This document shows, piece by piece, positions 40,701-53,236 of a stretch of DNA of 64,000 bases (position 1 is the first letter of the stretch; each line of letters begins with the position of its first letter). Location of the stretch: positions 91,388,001 to 91,452,000 of the forward strand of contig OZ024744.1 in assembly GCA_964016885.1 (NCBI GenBank), written 5' to 3'. The DNA comes from Eledone cirrhosa (lineage: Eukaryota). The notes beneath the pieces are model-generated. The model did no database searches. It saw nothing but the letters and a program-made list of their open reading frames with translations, and had not been told where the DNA came from. The position numbers and the translations under genes were made by a program.

Positions 40701-42075
40701 GATCAAGTGATTGTCTCGTTTTTTGAAGTTAGTGTTACAGATTGTTAGGTTATTTGCGTCACAGAATTCCAGGATTCTGGAGCCTTCCTCATTTCTAGTA
40801 CCAAACCCATAGCCTCCATGGATTTCATCATAGCCGTCACAATGTTGTCCAACGTGACCATTTAGGTCGCCAGCAATAATTATATAGTCACTGTCGGTTA
40901 TTTGGGAGGTAGTGAGCATCAGTGTCTCATAGAAAGTGTCTTTTATAGCGCCAGGCAGTCCGGATTGGGGCGCGTATGCAGATATTATCGTCACAGTAGT
41001 TCTATTTAGAACAAGTCTTATTTTAATTATTCTGTCGTTTACTCTATTTACATCTATTATCTTATCCACCCATTTTTCTGCTAACATGATTCCTACCCCA
41101 CCCAGCCCATTGTCATTTCCCACCCAGAAAAGCTTATAGCATCGTTTTTTACCCACAATGAATCTAGCAGACCCGCCCCTCCACCTGGTCTCTTGGATGT
41201 AGCAGACATCAACCTCCTTACGTTCAAGCATTTCTACAACCTCGTTTGAACGGCCTTTTAAGGTCCCTACATTCATGGTACCAACTCTGAAGTTTTGGAT
41301 TGCGTTTGGTGGGTGGGGTGCAGGGAGGGGTGTGGTTGATGGGGTTGGGGTTATGTTGGCCATCCGCGGCCGCAACAAAGAGGGTGGGGCTTTGCCCTTT
41401 CGTCCGTCAGCATGAGGTGAATTTGTCGTTATCTTTTGCATTGTCTTCGGGTGTCCAGATTCTTCTGACTCTCCAGAAATTCCCTAGTTCATCCATCATA
41501 TCGAAAAAGCAACCAGAAGAGCTAGCATAGGTCGTTTACTTGTGATTGGTCCAAATAATAAGGTGGAGAGTGGGGGCGGGAGGGAGGGGTATGGGGTAGT
41601 TTGCGAGGAGCAGAATTATTTTTAGAACAACGGTGAGACAGAACAGAATTATAGAAAGCCAATTTTGAATACGATTTTTGATTCTGGGGGATTGTAAGAT
41701 ATATAGATGAATGAACCGAATGTGGAGAGTTGAGAAGAAATGGATATGTACGTTACATTTCGTAGAAGAAAACTGAACAAGCGACCATCAATAATAGGAG
41801 ACAAATTCTGGGTTTAGTCCCCTGTAGCATGGCTTATTTATATTTGGTTGGCAAGGAGTGAGGAGGAGTGTGAGACCAGCGTATATGATAGAGAGAGTGA
41901 GGGGGTGAGAGGCGATTTCAGCAGGCCAAGAGAGAGAGAGGGCAATCCCTAATTTAACCTGGCATAATTTCTTTTTTCGGCCAAAATGGTTGCAGGAATA
42001 TTATTTAGAATTGTAGAAAGACAAACAATTATGAACATGATTTTTTGATTCTGGAGGATTGTAAGATATATAGAT
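37756..42075 (-). mobile_element. Near-full-length RTE-clade LINE (5' end approximate)
   Basis: Single APE+RT ORF, 3' UTR with a 112-bp duplication, and (TGA)n tail. A ~65-bp direct repeat lies at ~41645 and ~42008 in the putative 5' UTR. Confidence 0.92.
38263..41441 (-). pseudogene. RTE ORF: APE endonuclease, reverse transcriptase and PHD-like finger; one frameshift near 38790
   Basis: TMNVGTL, QETRW, AYAPQ, GDLNGH, QVDYIL, SQHRL (APE). QFGF, FVDLEKAFD, GVHQGSVLSP, LYADD (RT). RLRWYGHV, GRPRKTW (C-terminus). A 7-bp deletion relative to the copy at 58500 causes the frameshift. Confidence 0.95.
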
Positions 42076-42079
42076 GCGA

Positions 42080-42123
<44 letters not shown>

Positions 42124-42280
42124 AAATATATATAAATATATATAGTTGTTATATAGTAAGGTGTATTATTGGTTGTGTCATACGGTCCAATAAACTTTTG
42201 TTAGCAATATTAAGTTCTCCACGCTTTTGTATATCTCCAATTCCATTTATGGGAACAGCTAGATGATGTAAAATAGAGTA

Positions 42281-42608
42281 TTTGTATCAAAATAAAGATC
42301 CGAAGGCATGGTATGAATTTCCAATCATTTTAATCACGACACATGTTTCAATAAGAGATAGATCGATCGTGTGGTCATGATCGATTATCACTGATCTCAT
42401 CAGGTGAATAATGAAATGTCTTCAAATCTTTTATATGAGGGAGGAAAAACTAACGATGTTCACTCACTAGAGTTTTGTTCCTCATGGGGAACAAAACTCA
42501 GTGATAATTGATCATGACCACACAATTGATCTATCTCTTATTGAAACATGTGTCATGATTAAAATGATTGGAAATTCATACCATGCCTTCGGATCTTTAT
42601 TTTGATAT
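42281..42608. mobile_element. Fold-back PLE-like unit, ~110-bp arms with a hairpin in the spacer
   Basis: TATCAAAATAAAGATCCGAAGGCATGG...TCACTGA is mirrored by TCAGTGA...CCATGCCTTCGGATCTTTATTTTGATA. Left extension reaches ~42145; TA-flanked. Confidence 0.82.
42334..42407 (-). ncRNA. Type I hammerhead ribozyme
   Basis: TCAC-CTGATGA-[stem II with ATCGATC/GATCGAT, base imperfect]-GAAAC-ATGT-GTC-GTGA. Confidence 0.75.
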
Positions 42609-42673
42609 GAATATATATATATATATATATGAATATATGTATATGAATATATATATGAATATATAGATATATG

Positions 42674-42709
<36 letters not shown>

Positions 42710-42735
42710 AATGTATATATATATGAATATATATA

Positions 42736-42805
<70 letters not shown>

Positions 42806-42961
42806 TCTATATATATATATTCACATATATATATATGAATATATATATATATGAATATACATTAGTTAAGCAAATCAAGACCACAAGCTCACATAGAAGA
42901 CATTAGTCGAAAAGTATCAACATTAAGCGCAGTTTAATATAAAATAGGGGGTAATAATGTC

Positions 42962-43086
42962 AGATTACAATTGTTTCACTACTCCATATAATGTTTCTGG
43001 ATCAATCGATGGTAATATCGTTATTGATTTGGTGCAGAGAAAGATAATTAATATAGAATAATATTATGGAGCAGCTCCTCAGAACT
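42962..43086 (-). ncRNA. Type I hammerhead ribozyme, long stem II
   Basis: AGTT-CTGAGGA-GCTGCTCCAT...ATGGAGTAGT-GAAAC-AATT-GTA-ATCT (one stem I mismatch). Confidence 0.72.
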
Positions 43087-44196
43087 TGAAGTTAGATAAT
43101 GAAAATATTAATATGTATAAAGTAGAAATAAAAATAAAATAAAATAAGAGGGTTACGTGTCCGTAAATAATCGTCAGATTAGCAGGTCCCTAGATGGGGT
43201 CCCTTGGCACTGGAAAATTCAAGTGTATGGTATAAAGAAACGTTACATATCTGTCGAGGCTGAAATTAAACAATGCCGCCAAACGCACAACAAGATGGCT
43301 TCTTGTAGGGAAATTACCTTATTGTACAGAGATGGGTTTCAAGGGAGGCAACTCCTTGAAGATCCAAATGCGACAAAGTGAGTTGTAACTAAGATAATGC
43401 CAAAAGAGGTATCTTATAGGTAAAGTTATAATGAGATATGTGACTAAGATAATGCTAGGGAGGTAACTTATAGGTGTTTACGTGGTGAACTAAATATGTC
43501 TTAGTTTGTTAGTTATAGGGAGGAGTGTGATTAAATGATAGGCTAAGGTGGGTCAAATATTCTGTTAGCGAAGGAGCTTGCTCTGCGGTGGTGGCAGTTG
43601 ATGACCAACTCGTTCCTGTGATAGGCCTCGGTGAGACAGAGATCGCAACAATTTCTTCTCTCGTTAAACGCTGGTGATCTATCTAGCCAAGATAGCCCAA
43701 GTTAGTGAGTGTTCAATATTGGCCAGTTTAAGGTTTTCAACGAGCCTAGCTAGAGAAGTAGAGCATCTATGGCCAGGGTCACGGAAGGAAAATGAATGCG
43801 CATTATACTGAACCTTAAATGGGTTAGATGTAGAGCCAATATAGGAGCTAGTAGATGAGGCCGTTCTAACGATGTACCTATATACGATATTGGGCGTAAG
43901 CTACTGCCCATTAAGTGGGCATGCAGTGGGGTTACGGCAGTTGCGATTAGTGGGAGCAGGAATGTTTAAGCTGTGCTGCTGGTGTGTACTAATGGGAGAT
44001 TGGAGGGGGGGAGTTCTGCTACTAGAATGAGTATTGGTGTGGTTGCATGGTGTACTTATAGGGGGTGGTGGTGCCGCAGGGGGGGGGGGGAGTTATTTTT
44101 ACTTTATGATGGTTGCTAAATGCGATGTGGCTAGCTAAGTTCAGTGTGGTGGAGAAGGAGATTTTAATATTGTTTTTATTAAAAAGTTTGTAATAT

Positions 44197-45033
44197 CTAT
44201 GGTTGGGGGGGGGGATGTTTAGATAGGATGAAGAAGTGTTTAGGGGTGTTAGTAGCTAACTTAGATGAGAAGGGGGGGGGGGGGTTAAGCCAGGTGATTT
44301 TTCTAGGCCTGTTACTTCTGTGGGGTCTAGCAGAATCAGCAGGGGCATTAGTAGGGTTATTATTGCCAATGTGCTTGCTAATGGTCAGCCTATTATTCTT
44401 TCCTCTTCTAGGGTTGATTCCTAATCTGCTACTAGGAGTAGGGAGTAGGCCTCTGCCACTATTACGATTGGTGGGCCTAAATTTCTGACAAATCTGGCTA
44501 AATGCTAATGTGTTTCTAGTTCTAGTGTTAAAGTAATTGGGGTTGTGGTGAAGTTCTGTGTTATGGCTTTTAGGTATGTAGTAGATAGACTGTGCATAAC
44601 CAGATTCAGAAAGGGCCTTATTATAATATGCTGCATGGGCATTGAATATCTCCTCATTGGCGGATAGCATTGAAATCCTATATGAGATAGAATTAATGAC
44701 AGCTCTGATGACTGCCAGTGGGTGGTTAGAGTGCGGGCTAATATAAGTAAGTATCTCACCTGGTTTATGATAAGGGTAATATGACTTGTTAGTAAGATCA
44801 AGGGTGACATCTAGGAATTTCACTACCTTATGGTTAGGTTCGATGGTAATGGATAGACCGTTATCTTTAAAGAATCTATGTAGTTGTTTTTTGAGCAAGT
44901 CAATGCCGCGATTCATGCAGTTATGGACTGCAAATAGGGCATCGTCCCTATATAATCCACCTTGCAAAATTGGGAGCTCAGTGCTAATGTTATGTAAGAG
45001 GTAGATTCCAAACGCATATATATATGTACGCAT
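44197..45033 (-). pseudogene. PLE reverse transcriptase fragment
   Basis: YRDD catalytic motif, FLD motif and SNHP thumb motif. Confidence 0.85.
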
Positions 45034-45050
45034 AGGAGTAGATTAAGGGC

Positions 45051-46436
45051 TTGTGAAAGCTGTACAAGCCATATATAAGGCAGCAGTCAGCAAAGTTAGT
45101 ATTAGCAATGACTATAGCGAGGAATTTAGCATACAGGTCAATGTCCACCAGGGCTCTGTTCTTAGCCCTCTCCTGCAGGCAATAATGGAGGAGTTTAAGA
45201 CCGGATGCTCATGGGAACTCCTGTATGCAGATGACCTTGCACATATAGCTGAATATATGGTAGAACTAGAGAAGAAATTCCAAACATGGAAGGAGGGACT
45301 AAAAAGAAGGGGTCTCAAAGTCAACCTGACAAAGACTAAGGTCCTTGTAAGTAGACGAGAAAACAGAATCCAGATCCCCTCAGGGAAATGGCCTTGCTCA
45401 GTATGTAGGAAAGGTGTAGGTAGGAACTCCATCCTCTGCCCCAAATGCAGATGTAGTGGGATCTCAGGAAGCTTAAGTAAGAATATAGGCTTCACATGCA
45501 GCAGCTGTACTGGGACAGCAAGCAGCAAACAGCCACAGGAAACAAGCACCACCAAACTCTGGGAGGGCTCTGTAGAAACAGTAGACAGCTTCTGCTACCT
45601 AGGTGACCAAATTAGCCTTGGAGGTGGGTGTTCGGAAAGTACAATAACTAGGGTAAGAACGGGATGAAAGAAGTTCAGGCAGCTACTGCCACTGCTAGCT
45701 GCAAAAGGCTTTTCCCTCAAAATGAAGAACAGACTGTATGATGCGTGTATACGAACAGCAATGTTACATAGTAGTGAGACCTGGGCGCTGTCTGAAGAAG
45801 ACTTGCGTAGATTAGAAAGAAACAAAGGCTGCATGCTCCGATGGATGTGTAATAGTAATATATGCGAACAGCAAAGCATAAATGAATTGAGAGAGAGACT
45901 GAGCATAAGAGGAATCAAACGATGTGTGCAGGAGAGGCAGTTGCGTTGGTATGGACATGCGATGCATATGAAGGATGACAGCTGTATAAAAAGGTGCAGA
46001 GCACTAGAAGTCGATGGAAGCCGCAGAGTAGGGAGACCCAAGAAGACCTGGGAAGAGGTGATAAATGCCAACCTTAACCAATTACACCTCTCAAAGGCGA
46101 TGACACACGACCGTGACCTCTGGCATCACGCAGTAATACAGAAGACTCGACCCCCCCCCCCCATGAGTACAAGCCGAAGCTGAAGCATATAGACAATATG
46201 CCCCCAACCCCTCCCACTGCAAAGTGGTCGTGGAGGTGTCACGGCAAAAAAGCACCCAGCAGTCACTGTAAATGAGGTTGGTGTTAGGAAGGGCATCCAG
46301 CTGTAGAAATCAAGCCAGAATCAGTTCCCACGTGAGCAAGACATGGTCAGCTGACAGGTTACTGACCACAACAGGACAATCCGTCTAACCCATGATAGCA
46401 TGGAAGAACGGATGTAAAACGGTGATGATGATGATG
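45051..46436 (+). mobile_element. 5'-truncated RTE LINE
   Basis: VHQGSVLSP, LYADD, RWYGH, GRPKKTW; in-frame stop at 45665; 3' UTR and (TGA)n tail. Confidence 0.92.
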
Positions 46437-46459
46437 GTACATACATATATATATATACG

Positions 46460-46522
<63 letters not shown>

Positions 46523-46540
46523 ATAATGATATATAGTCAT

Positions 46541-46709
46541 CTGATCCAGAAATATTATATGGAGTAGCGAAACAATTGTAATTATTATTATTAATATTAT
46601 TATTATATTATTATTATTCTCTACATTCCTTACATCAAACTAAAATATGTTGACAACCTTTTAATAATGTCTTCCTTGTGAAATTTGTGGTCTTGTTTTG
46701 CTTAACTAA

Positions 46710-46712
<3 letters not shown>
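46541..46712 (+). mobile_element. Diverged inverted pLTR fragment of PLE family C
   Basis: TGATCCAGAAATATTATATGGAGTAGCGAAACAATTGTAAT...GTGGTCTTG..TTGCTTAACTAATG mirrors 42860-43003. Confidence 0.7.
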
Positions 46713-46765
<53 letters not shown>

Positions 46766-46988
46766 AAAATGGTCCAGAAATAGCCGTTGAAACGGCTTGA
46801 GCTTTGCCGTCGGGGTCTTGAACATTTTCCTATTACCCACTCTACTACCCAAAGTATTGAGTACTCTGGTGCGTTATGGTCCACCTGGTTCGTTACCACA
46901 CTTCCTTCGTTATATATATATATGAATATATATATATACATATATATATACGCATACATATATATATATATACATATATATATATACA

Positions 46989-47023
<35 letters not shown>

Positions 47024-47075
47024 TTTCTGACTTTGTTTAGCAAGATTATTAATCTGAAAACATGTGTTGAAACCG

Positions 47076-47618
47076 ATATTGTTATACTTTGGGAGGGTCA
47101 TGTTGCCAATAAGAAACACACACACCAGTTGCTTTCTCTTCAATTTATTATAATAAATTTATAAATTTAGGAATTAATAAATTTCCAGTTGGTTGGTTGG
47201 TTGGTTCCACAACCAGATGGTTGTTTATATATTGTCAAAGTTCTTTCGTCACACATTCTGTGACCTCTTCAGTGACTGGGGATTCTTTTCTTTGTTTTTG
47301 TGCCTCTCCTTTGTTCTGTCCTACGCCATCTTGTTTTTGTGTGTCACACAAAAACAAGATGACACACAAAAACAAGATGGCGTAGGACAGAACAAAGGAG
47401 AGGCAAAAAAACAAAGAAAAGAATCCCCAGTCACTGAAGAGGTCACAGAATGTGTGACGAAAGAACTTTGACAATATATAAACAACCATCTGGTTGTGGA
47501 ACCTACCAACCAACCGGAAATTTATTAATTCCTAAATTTATAAATTTATTATAATAAATTGAAGAGAAAGCAACTGGTGTGTGTGTTTCTTATTGGCAAC
47601 ATGACCCTCCCAAAGTAT

Positions 47619-47626
<8 letters not shown>
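47076..47626. mobile_element. Fold-back pLTR palindrome (~270-bp arms), related to family B
   Basis: ATATTGTTATACTTTGGGAGGGTCATG is mirrored by CATGACCCTCCCAAAGTATAACAATAT. The same peptide is predicted on both strands (MVGSTTRW...). Confidence 0.92.
47430..47472 (+). ncRNA. Type I hammerhead ribozyme (mirror copy 47234-47276 on -)
   Basis: GTCA-CTGAAGA-G-GTCACA-GAATG-TGTGAC-GAAA-GAAC-TT-TGAC. Confidence 0.8.
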
Positions 47627-47656
<30 letters not shown>

Positions 47657-47834
47657 ATGATGGCTGCCCCCTCGTTTTCGAGTATGGCCATTGCATGATA
47701 TACCATTATTAATAATTATTAATTAATTCTATCGTGCAATGCCTGTGCATGAAGATATTTTTTAAAGTGAGGAAAGACTGTGCACTGAGCCAATGCCACT
47801 CTCTGTATATATATATATATACATGTCTTAGCAT

Positions 47835-48503
47835 CACTCAGCAAGACCTTTGTCAGCCGCTCTCCAGCTATCTATTTAAGGCTGTACATGGCTATGGTGA
47901 GGCCACACTTAGAATTTGCATCACCAGTTTGGAACCCCTATCTTGCTCAGAACATTGAAATCCTGGAAACTGTTCAGAGACGTGTAACCAAGCGAATACC
48001 CTCCATCAGGCATCTACCATACTCTGAATCCTTGCTTCTCTGGGCATGGATACATTGAAGCTCCGACGCCTGGCAACTGACTTGGTAAATACCCGCAAAA
48101 TTGTTAACCATCTTGCCAACAACAACCCTGAGCACCTTTTTGATTTCTATATGTCTAACATATGTGGGCATGCCTACAAAGTCAGAAAACAGCACAGTTC
48201 CCATGACTTTCAGAAACATTTTTTCACGCTCAGAGTTGCTGAAGCATGGCACAAACTACCTGCATCGGTTGTTAGCTGTCGAGACACTGCATCCTATGAA
48301 ACCTCCATGCTTCCCGAGATTCGCCAACACTACACCTAATGTTGCCCCCTCCCTGCCTCATACACACATGTATATCATGACTCATACACTATTCACTTCC
48401 CTGACATTTGTGTATTATTCTATGTACTATACATGCACCTTTGACGAGTTATAGTGCACCTGAGCACTTTACACAATAATTTCATTATTATTATTATTAT
48501 TAT
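47835..48503 (+). mobile_element. CR1-clade LINE 3' fragment
   Basis: VRPHLEFASPVWNP, ETVQRR, LKLRRLATDL, GHAYKV, FFTLRVAEAWHKLP; (ATT)n tail. Confidence 0.82.
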
Positions 48504-48705
48504 AGGGGGGTGGATTGGCAGTATCAGTGGTGGGTCGGACGCCATGCTTTCCAGCATAGTTACGTCCCTTTACGGTCTGAGTTCAAATCCCGCCGAGGTT
48601 GACTTTGCCTTTCCTCCTTACGGGGTCAATAAAATAAAGTACCAGTAATTTACTGGGTAATTGCTGGCCTTGTGCCTAAAGTAGAAACAATTATTATTAT
48701 TATTA
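48504..48705 (+). mobile_element. Nin/Deu-core SINE
   Basis: GGATTGGCAGTATC...GAGTTCAAATCCCGCC...GGCCTTGTGCCTAAAGTAGAAAC(ATT)n. Confidence 0.85.
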
Positions 48706-48732
48706 TATATATATATATACATATATATATAC

Positions 48733-48783
<51 letters not shown>

Positions 48784-48887
48784 CATGTATATATATATGT
48801 GTGGTGGTTGCTGTAATGATGATGCTGGTGGTGGTGGTGGTGGTGGTATTGTTGGTAGTGGTGGTTGTTATAATGATGATCCTCCTA

Positions 48888-48933
<46 letters not shown>

Positions 48934-49164
48934 ATATATATATATACACACATATATATATAAATACTGAACTGTAAAAGTCAACAGTTGACATGATCTT
49001 GTATCAGTACTGCCAGTAATATATGTATGTGTGTGTGTGTGCGAGTGGTGTGTGTGTGTTTGTATGCATGAGTGTTGGTGTGTGTGTGAGTGTGTGTGTG
49101 TGCCGTGAGTGTCAATAAGTGGTGTTTTTTTTTTCTATTTTCTTTTTTTATGACCATGCTGTAA

Positions 49165-52100
49165 CATGGAGGGGTAGAGAGGGCCCATGAGTCCAGTAAG
49201 ACATCCTCTCTAGTGCTGGTGGCACAAATAAAAGCACCCAGTCCATGCTGTAAAGTGGCACTGGTGTTAGGAAGGGCATCCAACCAGTGTATCAATGCCA
49301 AAACGCTTATCAGCACACCAACAAATGGGAACAACAACAAAAATATGAAGACGTCACATCTCAGAGTTGCAACACTTAATGTTGGTACTCTCAGAGGTAG
49401 ATCTGCTGAAATAGCGGAGATGCTGGAGAGAAGGCATGTGGATTGTGCTGCATGCAAGAGGTGAGATGGAGAGGTGCCTCTGCGAGACTAGTCGCAGGCA
49501 AACATCTTAGCTATAAGCTTTTCTGGGTAGGTAAGGATGATGGGTTAGGTGGGGGTAGGCATTTTCCTGGCTGAGAGATGGATCAATAAGACAATAGAGG
49601 TAGTTCGAGTTGATAATTAAATCATTAAGCTTAGATTAGTTGTAGGCAGGAGACTACTGACAATCATCTCTGCCTATGTTCCCCAAGCAGGCTTAGGTGA
49701 AGAAGAGAAAGACTGCTTTTACAAGCAACTTATACAAACAGCCGCAATGACAGAGGACGGAGACATTGTTATGCTAGCAGGGGACTTCAATGGTCATGTT
49801 GGACAGCTCCAGGATGGTTACACTGGGGTACATGGTGGGCACAGTTACGGCTCAAGAAATGAAGAAAGAGTGAGACTTCTTGAATTTTGTGATGCAAGTA
49901 CACTGACTATTTGCAACACTAACTTCCAGAAGCCTACCAACCATCTAATAACCTACAAATCAGGTGAGCACATAAGCCAGATTGACTTCTTACTAGTTAG
50001 GCAGCGGGACAGGCAGATGGAGTCAAATACCAAGGTATACCCTGGGGAAGAATGTACCCCCACAGCATAGGTTAGTCGTTAGTGATATCTCAATAAGCAA
50101 GAGAAGGAATGAGACATACAGGAAGGTGTGGAGAAGAAAGGTCTGGAAGCTAAAATACCTTTCACTAAAATACAAGATGTGTATGACGAAAAAGAAGACG
50201 ATTTAGAGTTGTATGACATAGATAATAACTGGAATTTCTTACGTGACAACTTACTGCAGGCTACTGATGAAACTTGTGGCTGGAGCAGAGCTCCAACCAG
50301 ACAGAGAGTGACCTGGTGGTGGAACAGCACAGTAGATAAGGCCATTAGAGACAAAAGACTAGCATGGAAGGCTTGGAAAAGGGTGGGAGTAGAGAAGGAT
50401 ATACAGTCGCTAAGAGAGAAGCTAGATGTCAGGTGTACTCAGCACGCAGGGAGGCTGAGAATAGGAGGTTTGCCAATGTTCTGCGATGGGAAGATCAGAG
50501 GCGTGCGGTGTTCCACATTGCAAGGCAGTGTGTCAATGCAAATCAGGATGTTGTTGGAGATAAATGTGTCCGGAATGATGCCGGTGTACTTAGTGTCACG
50601 AATGATCAGAAAAAGGAGGCCTGGAAATGTCATTATGAGAGACTGATGAATGTGGAGAACGAATGGGAGAGAGAGAAATTACCCTCAGTAGATCTGGCAG
50701 AGGGACCAGCTATTGAGATTGACGAATATAGGGTCCAAGAGGCAATTAAGGAAATGAAAAATGGTAAGGCTGCCGGACGATCGGCGATAGTTGCTGAGAT
50801 GCTGAAGGCATCAGGGGATGTAGGCACTAAACTGGTTGCACGCATCATCAATCAGGCTATATATGGTGGTGTCATACCCAAAGACTGGTGCAGCAGTATT
50901 CTCATAAATTGCTACAAAGGTAAAGGGGATGCTCTGGAGAGGAGCAATTATAGGGGTATAAAACTGATGGATCAGGTTATGAAAGTGGCAGAAAGGATAT
51001 TAGCACAACTAATTAGAGAAAGGGTCAAACTAGATGAGATGCAATTTGGTTTTGTGCCTGGGAAGAGTACAACAGATGCCCTCTTCTTGGTGAGACAATT
51101 ACAAGAGAGGTTCTCAGAGAAGAATGAGCCACTATACTTAGCCTTTGTTGACCTAGAGAAGGCCTTTGATAGGGTACCCCGATCTGTCATCTGGTGGTCC
51201 CTAAGGAAACTACTTGTTGAGGAATGGCTTGTGAGGACAGTGCAAACTTTGTACAGAGGTGTTGTCAGTAAAGTGAGGGTAGGAATGGAGTTTAGTGAGG
51301 AATTCCAGATACAAGTAGGAGTACATCAAGGTTCGGTCCTCAGCCCGCTCTTGTTCATTATAGTTCTCCAAGCCATAACAGAGGAGTTTAAGACTGGCTG
51401 TCCATGGGAAATTCTCTATGCTGACAATCTGGTTCTTATAGCAGAATCAGTAGAATAAATTCTGGCCATGAAAACAGCAGTTGGAAGCAAGAGGACTGAG
51501 AGTGAACCTAGCTAAGACAAAAGCATTGATGAGTAGAAAAGAGGACAAAACTCTGATTCTGTTAGGGAAATGGCCATGTTCGATATGCAGAAAAGGAACT
51601 GGCATAAAATGCACACAATGCAGATCCTGGGTACACAAGAGATGTAGTGGGATAGCAGGCAAACTAACAGATAGGGAGAAATACGTATGCAGTAGATGTA
51701 CAGGGAAATTAGACAGTAGAAGTCGCATTGATAGACACATTTTTGAAATGCAGGCGGGTGCTATAGAAGTGGTGGATAGCTTCTGGGACCTAGGTGATCA
51801 GATTAGCATGGGAGGGGGTGTTCCGAGGCCATAGTATCTAGAATAAGGACGGCTTGGAAGAAGTTTAGGGAGCTGCTTCCTCTGCTGACGAAGGGTTTCT
51901 CCTTGCGTACGAAAGGCCGGTTATATGATGCCTTTGTGAGGAGTGCGATGCTGCATGGTAGTGAGACTTGGGCAGCAACTGCAGAGGATATGCGACGGCT
52001 GGAGAGAAATGAGGCAAGCATGCTCCGTTGGATGTGCAATGTCAATGTACGTGAACGACCCAGCATGGATGTGTTGAGAGAGAAACTGTGTCTGAGAGGG

Positions 52101-52378
52101 ATAGAATGTAGTGTGCAAGAGAGGAGACTGCGGTGGTATGGACATGTGATGCGCATGGAGGATGACTGATGGGTGAAGAAGTGCCAGGAAATGCCAGTTG
52201 AAGGAAGGCGTGTTAGAGGTAGACCACGAAAAACATGGGCAGAGGTAATGAGAACAGACCTCAGGTCGCTGAAGCTCAAGGAGGAGATGACGAAGGACCG
52301 TGACAAGTGGAGAGATGCTGTGCTGAATAAGACCCATCCCACCCTTCTAAGCAGGGAAAAACGGACGTGAAATGATCT

Positions 52379-52380
<2 letters not shown>
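49165..52380 (+). mobile_element. Degraded near-full-length RTE LINE (APE, RT, PHD-like finger) with multiple stops and frameshifts
   Basis: Collinear ORF pieces from 49213 to 52370: TLNVGTL, GDFNGH, QFGF, DLEKAFD, LYADN, CSIC..CTQC..H..C, RWYGH. Confidence 0.92.
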
Positions 52381-52419
<39 letters not shown>

Positions 52420-52424
<5 letters not shown>

Positions 52425-53126
52425 ATACTTGTGGAGGGTCATATTGTTGTAATAATATTGCCAGAAATAATAACAGAACACACTCACTGTTTGGTTGGTT
52501 TTCGCTTCTGTATCTTTTATATCTCCCCAGTTAATTCATTTGGACCTCAATGTTTATCATTGAATGACCAACGGTTAAAAATACAGATATAAACACATAT
52601 ATATAGTCTAACAAAGTTCTTTCGTTGCACATCTGCAACATCATCAGTGGTACTATTATGTTCCTCCTGTTGTATTGTATGTCTACGCCATTTTTATTTT
52701 ATCTGTTTATTTATTTATTTATTTTTGTCTTCTCAGCGCGTGCGTTTGCGTGTGTGTAAAGTGTTTGGTGTGTGTGTTCGTGTTTGGGTGACTTTGTTTT
52801 GGTTATGGTATTCTATCTTAGTTTACTAGTGTGTGTTTATATGTGTTTGTTGTCATTGTGCTTGTGTTTATATTTATTTATTTATTTATATTTCTCTTAA
52901 GTCAGTATTGTTTGTTTGGGTGTTGTTATTCCATTCATTTTTTCTGTTTAGCTTTGGCCTTCTAAGTTCTATTTCGCTTGCTTCTCTGATTTGCCTATCT
53001 GCTGGGTCATTTCTATGTTTAGATATTATTTTAATTTCTATGTTGTCTATGTTACTGTCATGTTGTTGTCTGGCGTGTTCGTATAGTACTGAACCGTTTT
53101 TTTGTCCTTTTAATTCCCTCCACTGA
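52420..53126 (-). mobile_element. PLE family A 3' end (sister of 17470-18185)
   Basis: Shares WRELKGQKNGSVLYEH...NNTDLREI and the pLTR. Confidence 0.88.
52612..52649 (-). ncRNA. Minimal type I hammerhead ribozyme
   Basis: CA-CTGATGA-T-GTTGCA-GATG-TGCAAC-GAAA-GAAC-TT-TG. Confidence 0.75.
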
Positions 53127-53172
53127 ATAAACATACATATATATATATATATACATACATGTATATTATATA

Positions 53173-53208
<36 letters not shown>

Positions 53209-53236
53209 TGTATATATATACACATACATGTATATA

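Larger units (their letters stand above)
42860..45050 (-). mobile_element. Penelope-like element, family C (RT C-terminal half, GIY-YIG remnant, pLTR)
   Basis: ORF 44197..45033 has GLYRDDAL, FLDVTLDL, PYHKP, YISPHSNHP. NIVY...YIGST lies at ~43830-43890. Hammerhead in the tail. Confidence 0.88.

Noticed and set aside
41450-42075. HDV-like ribozyme in the RTE 5' UTR
   Set aside because: Known from some RTEs, but I could not fold a nested double pseudoknot by eye; needs a descriptor search.
46783-46815. Hammerhead 3' half GAAACGGC...GCCGTC
   Set aside because: No upstream CUGANGA or stem II; truncated at (TA)n, so not called.
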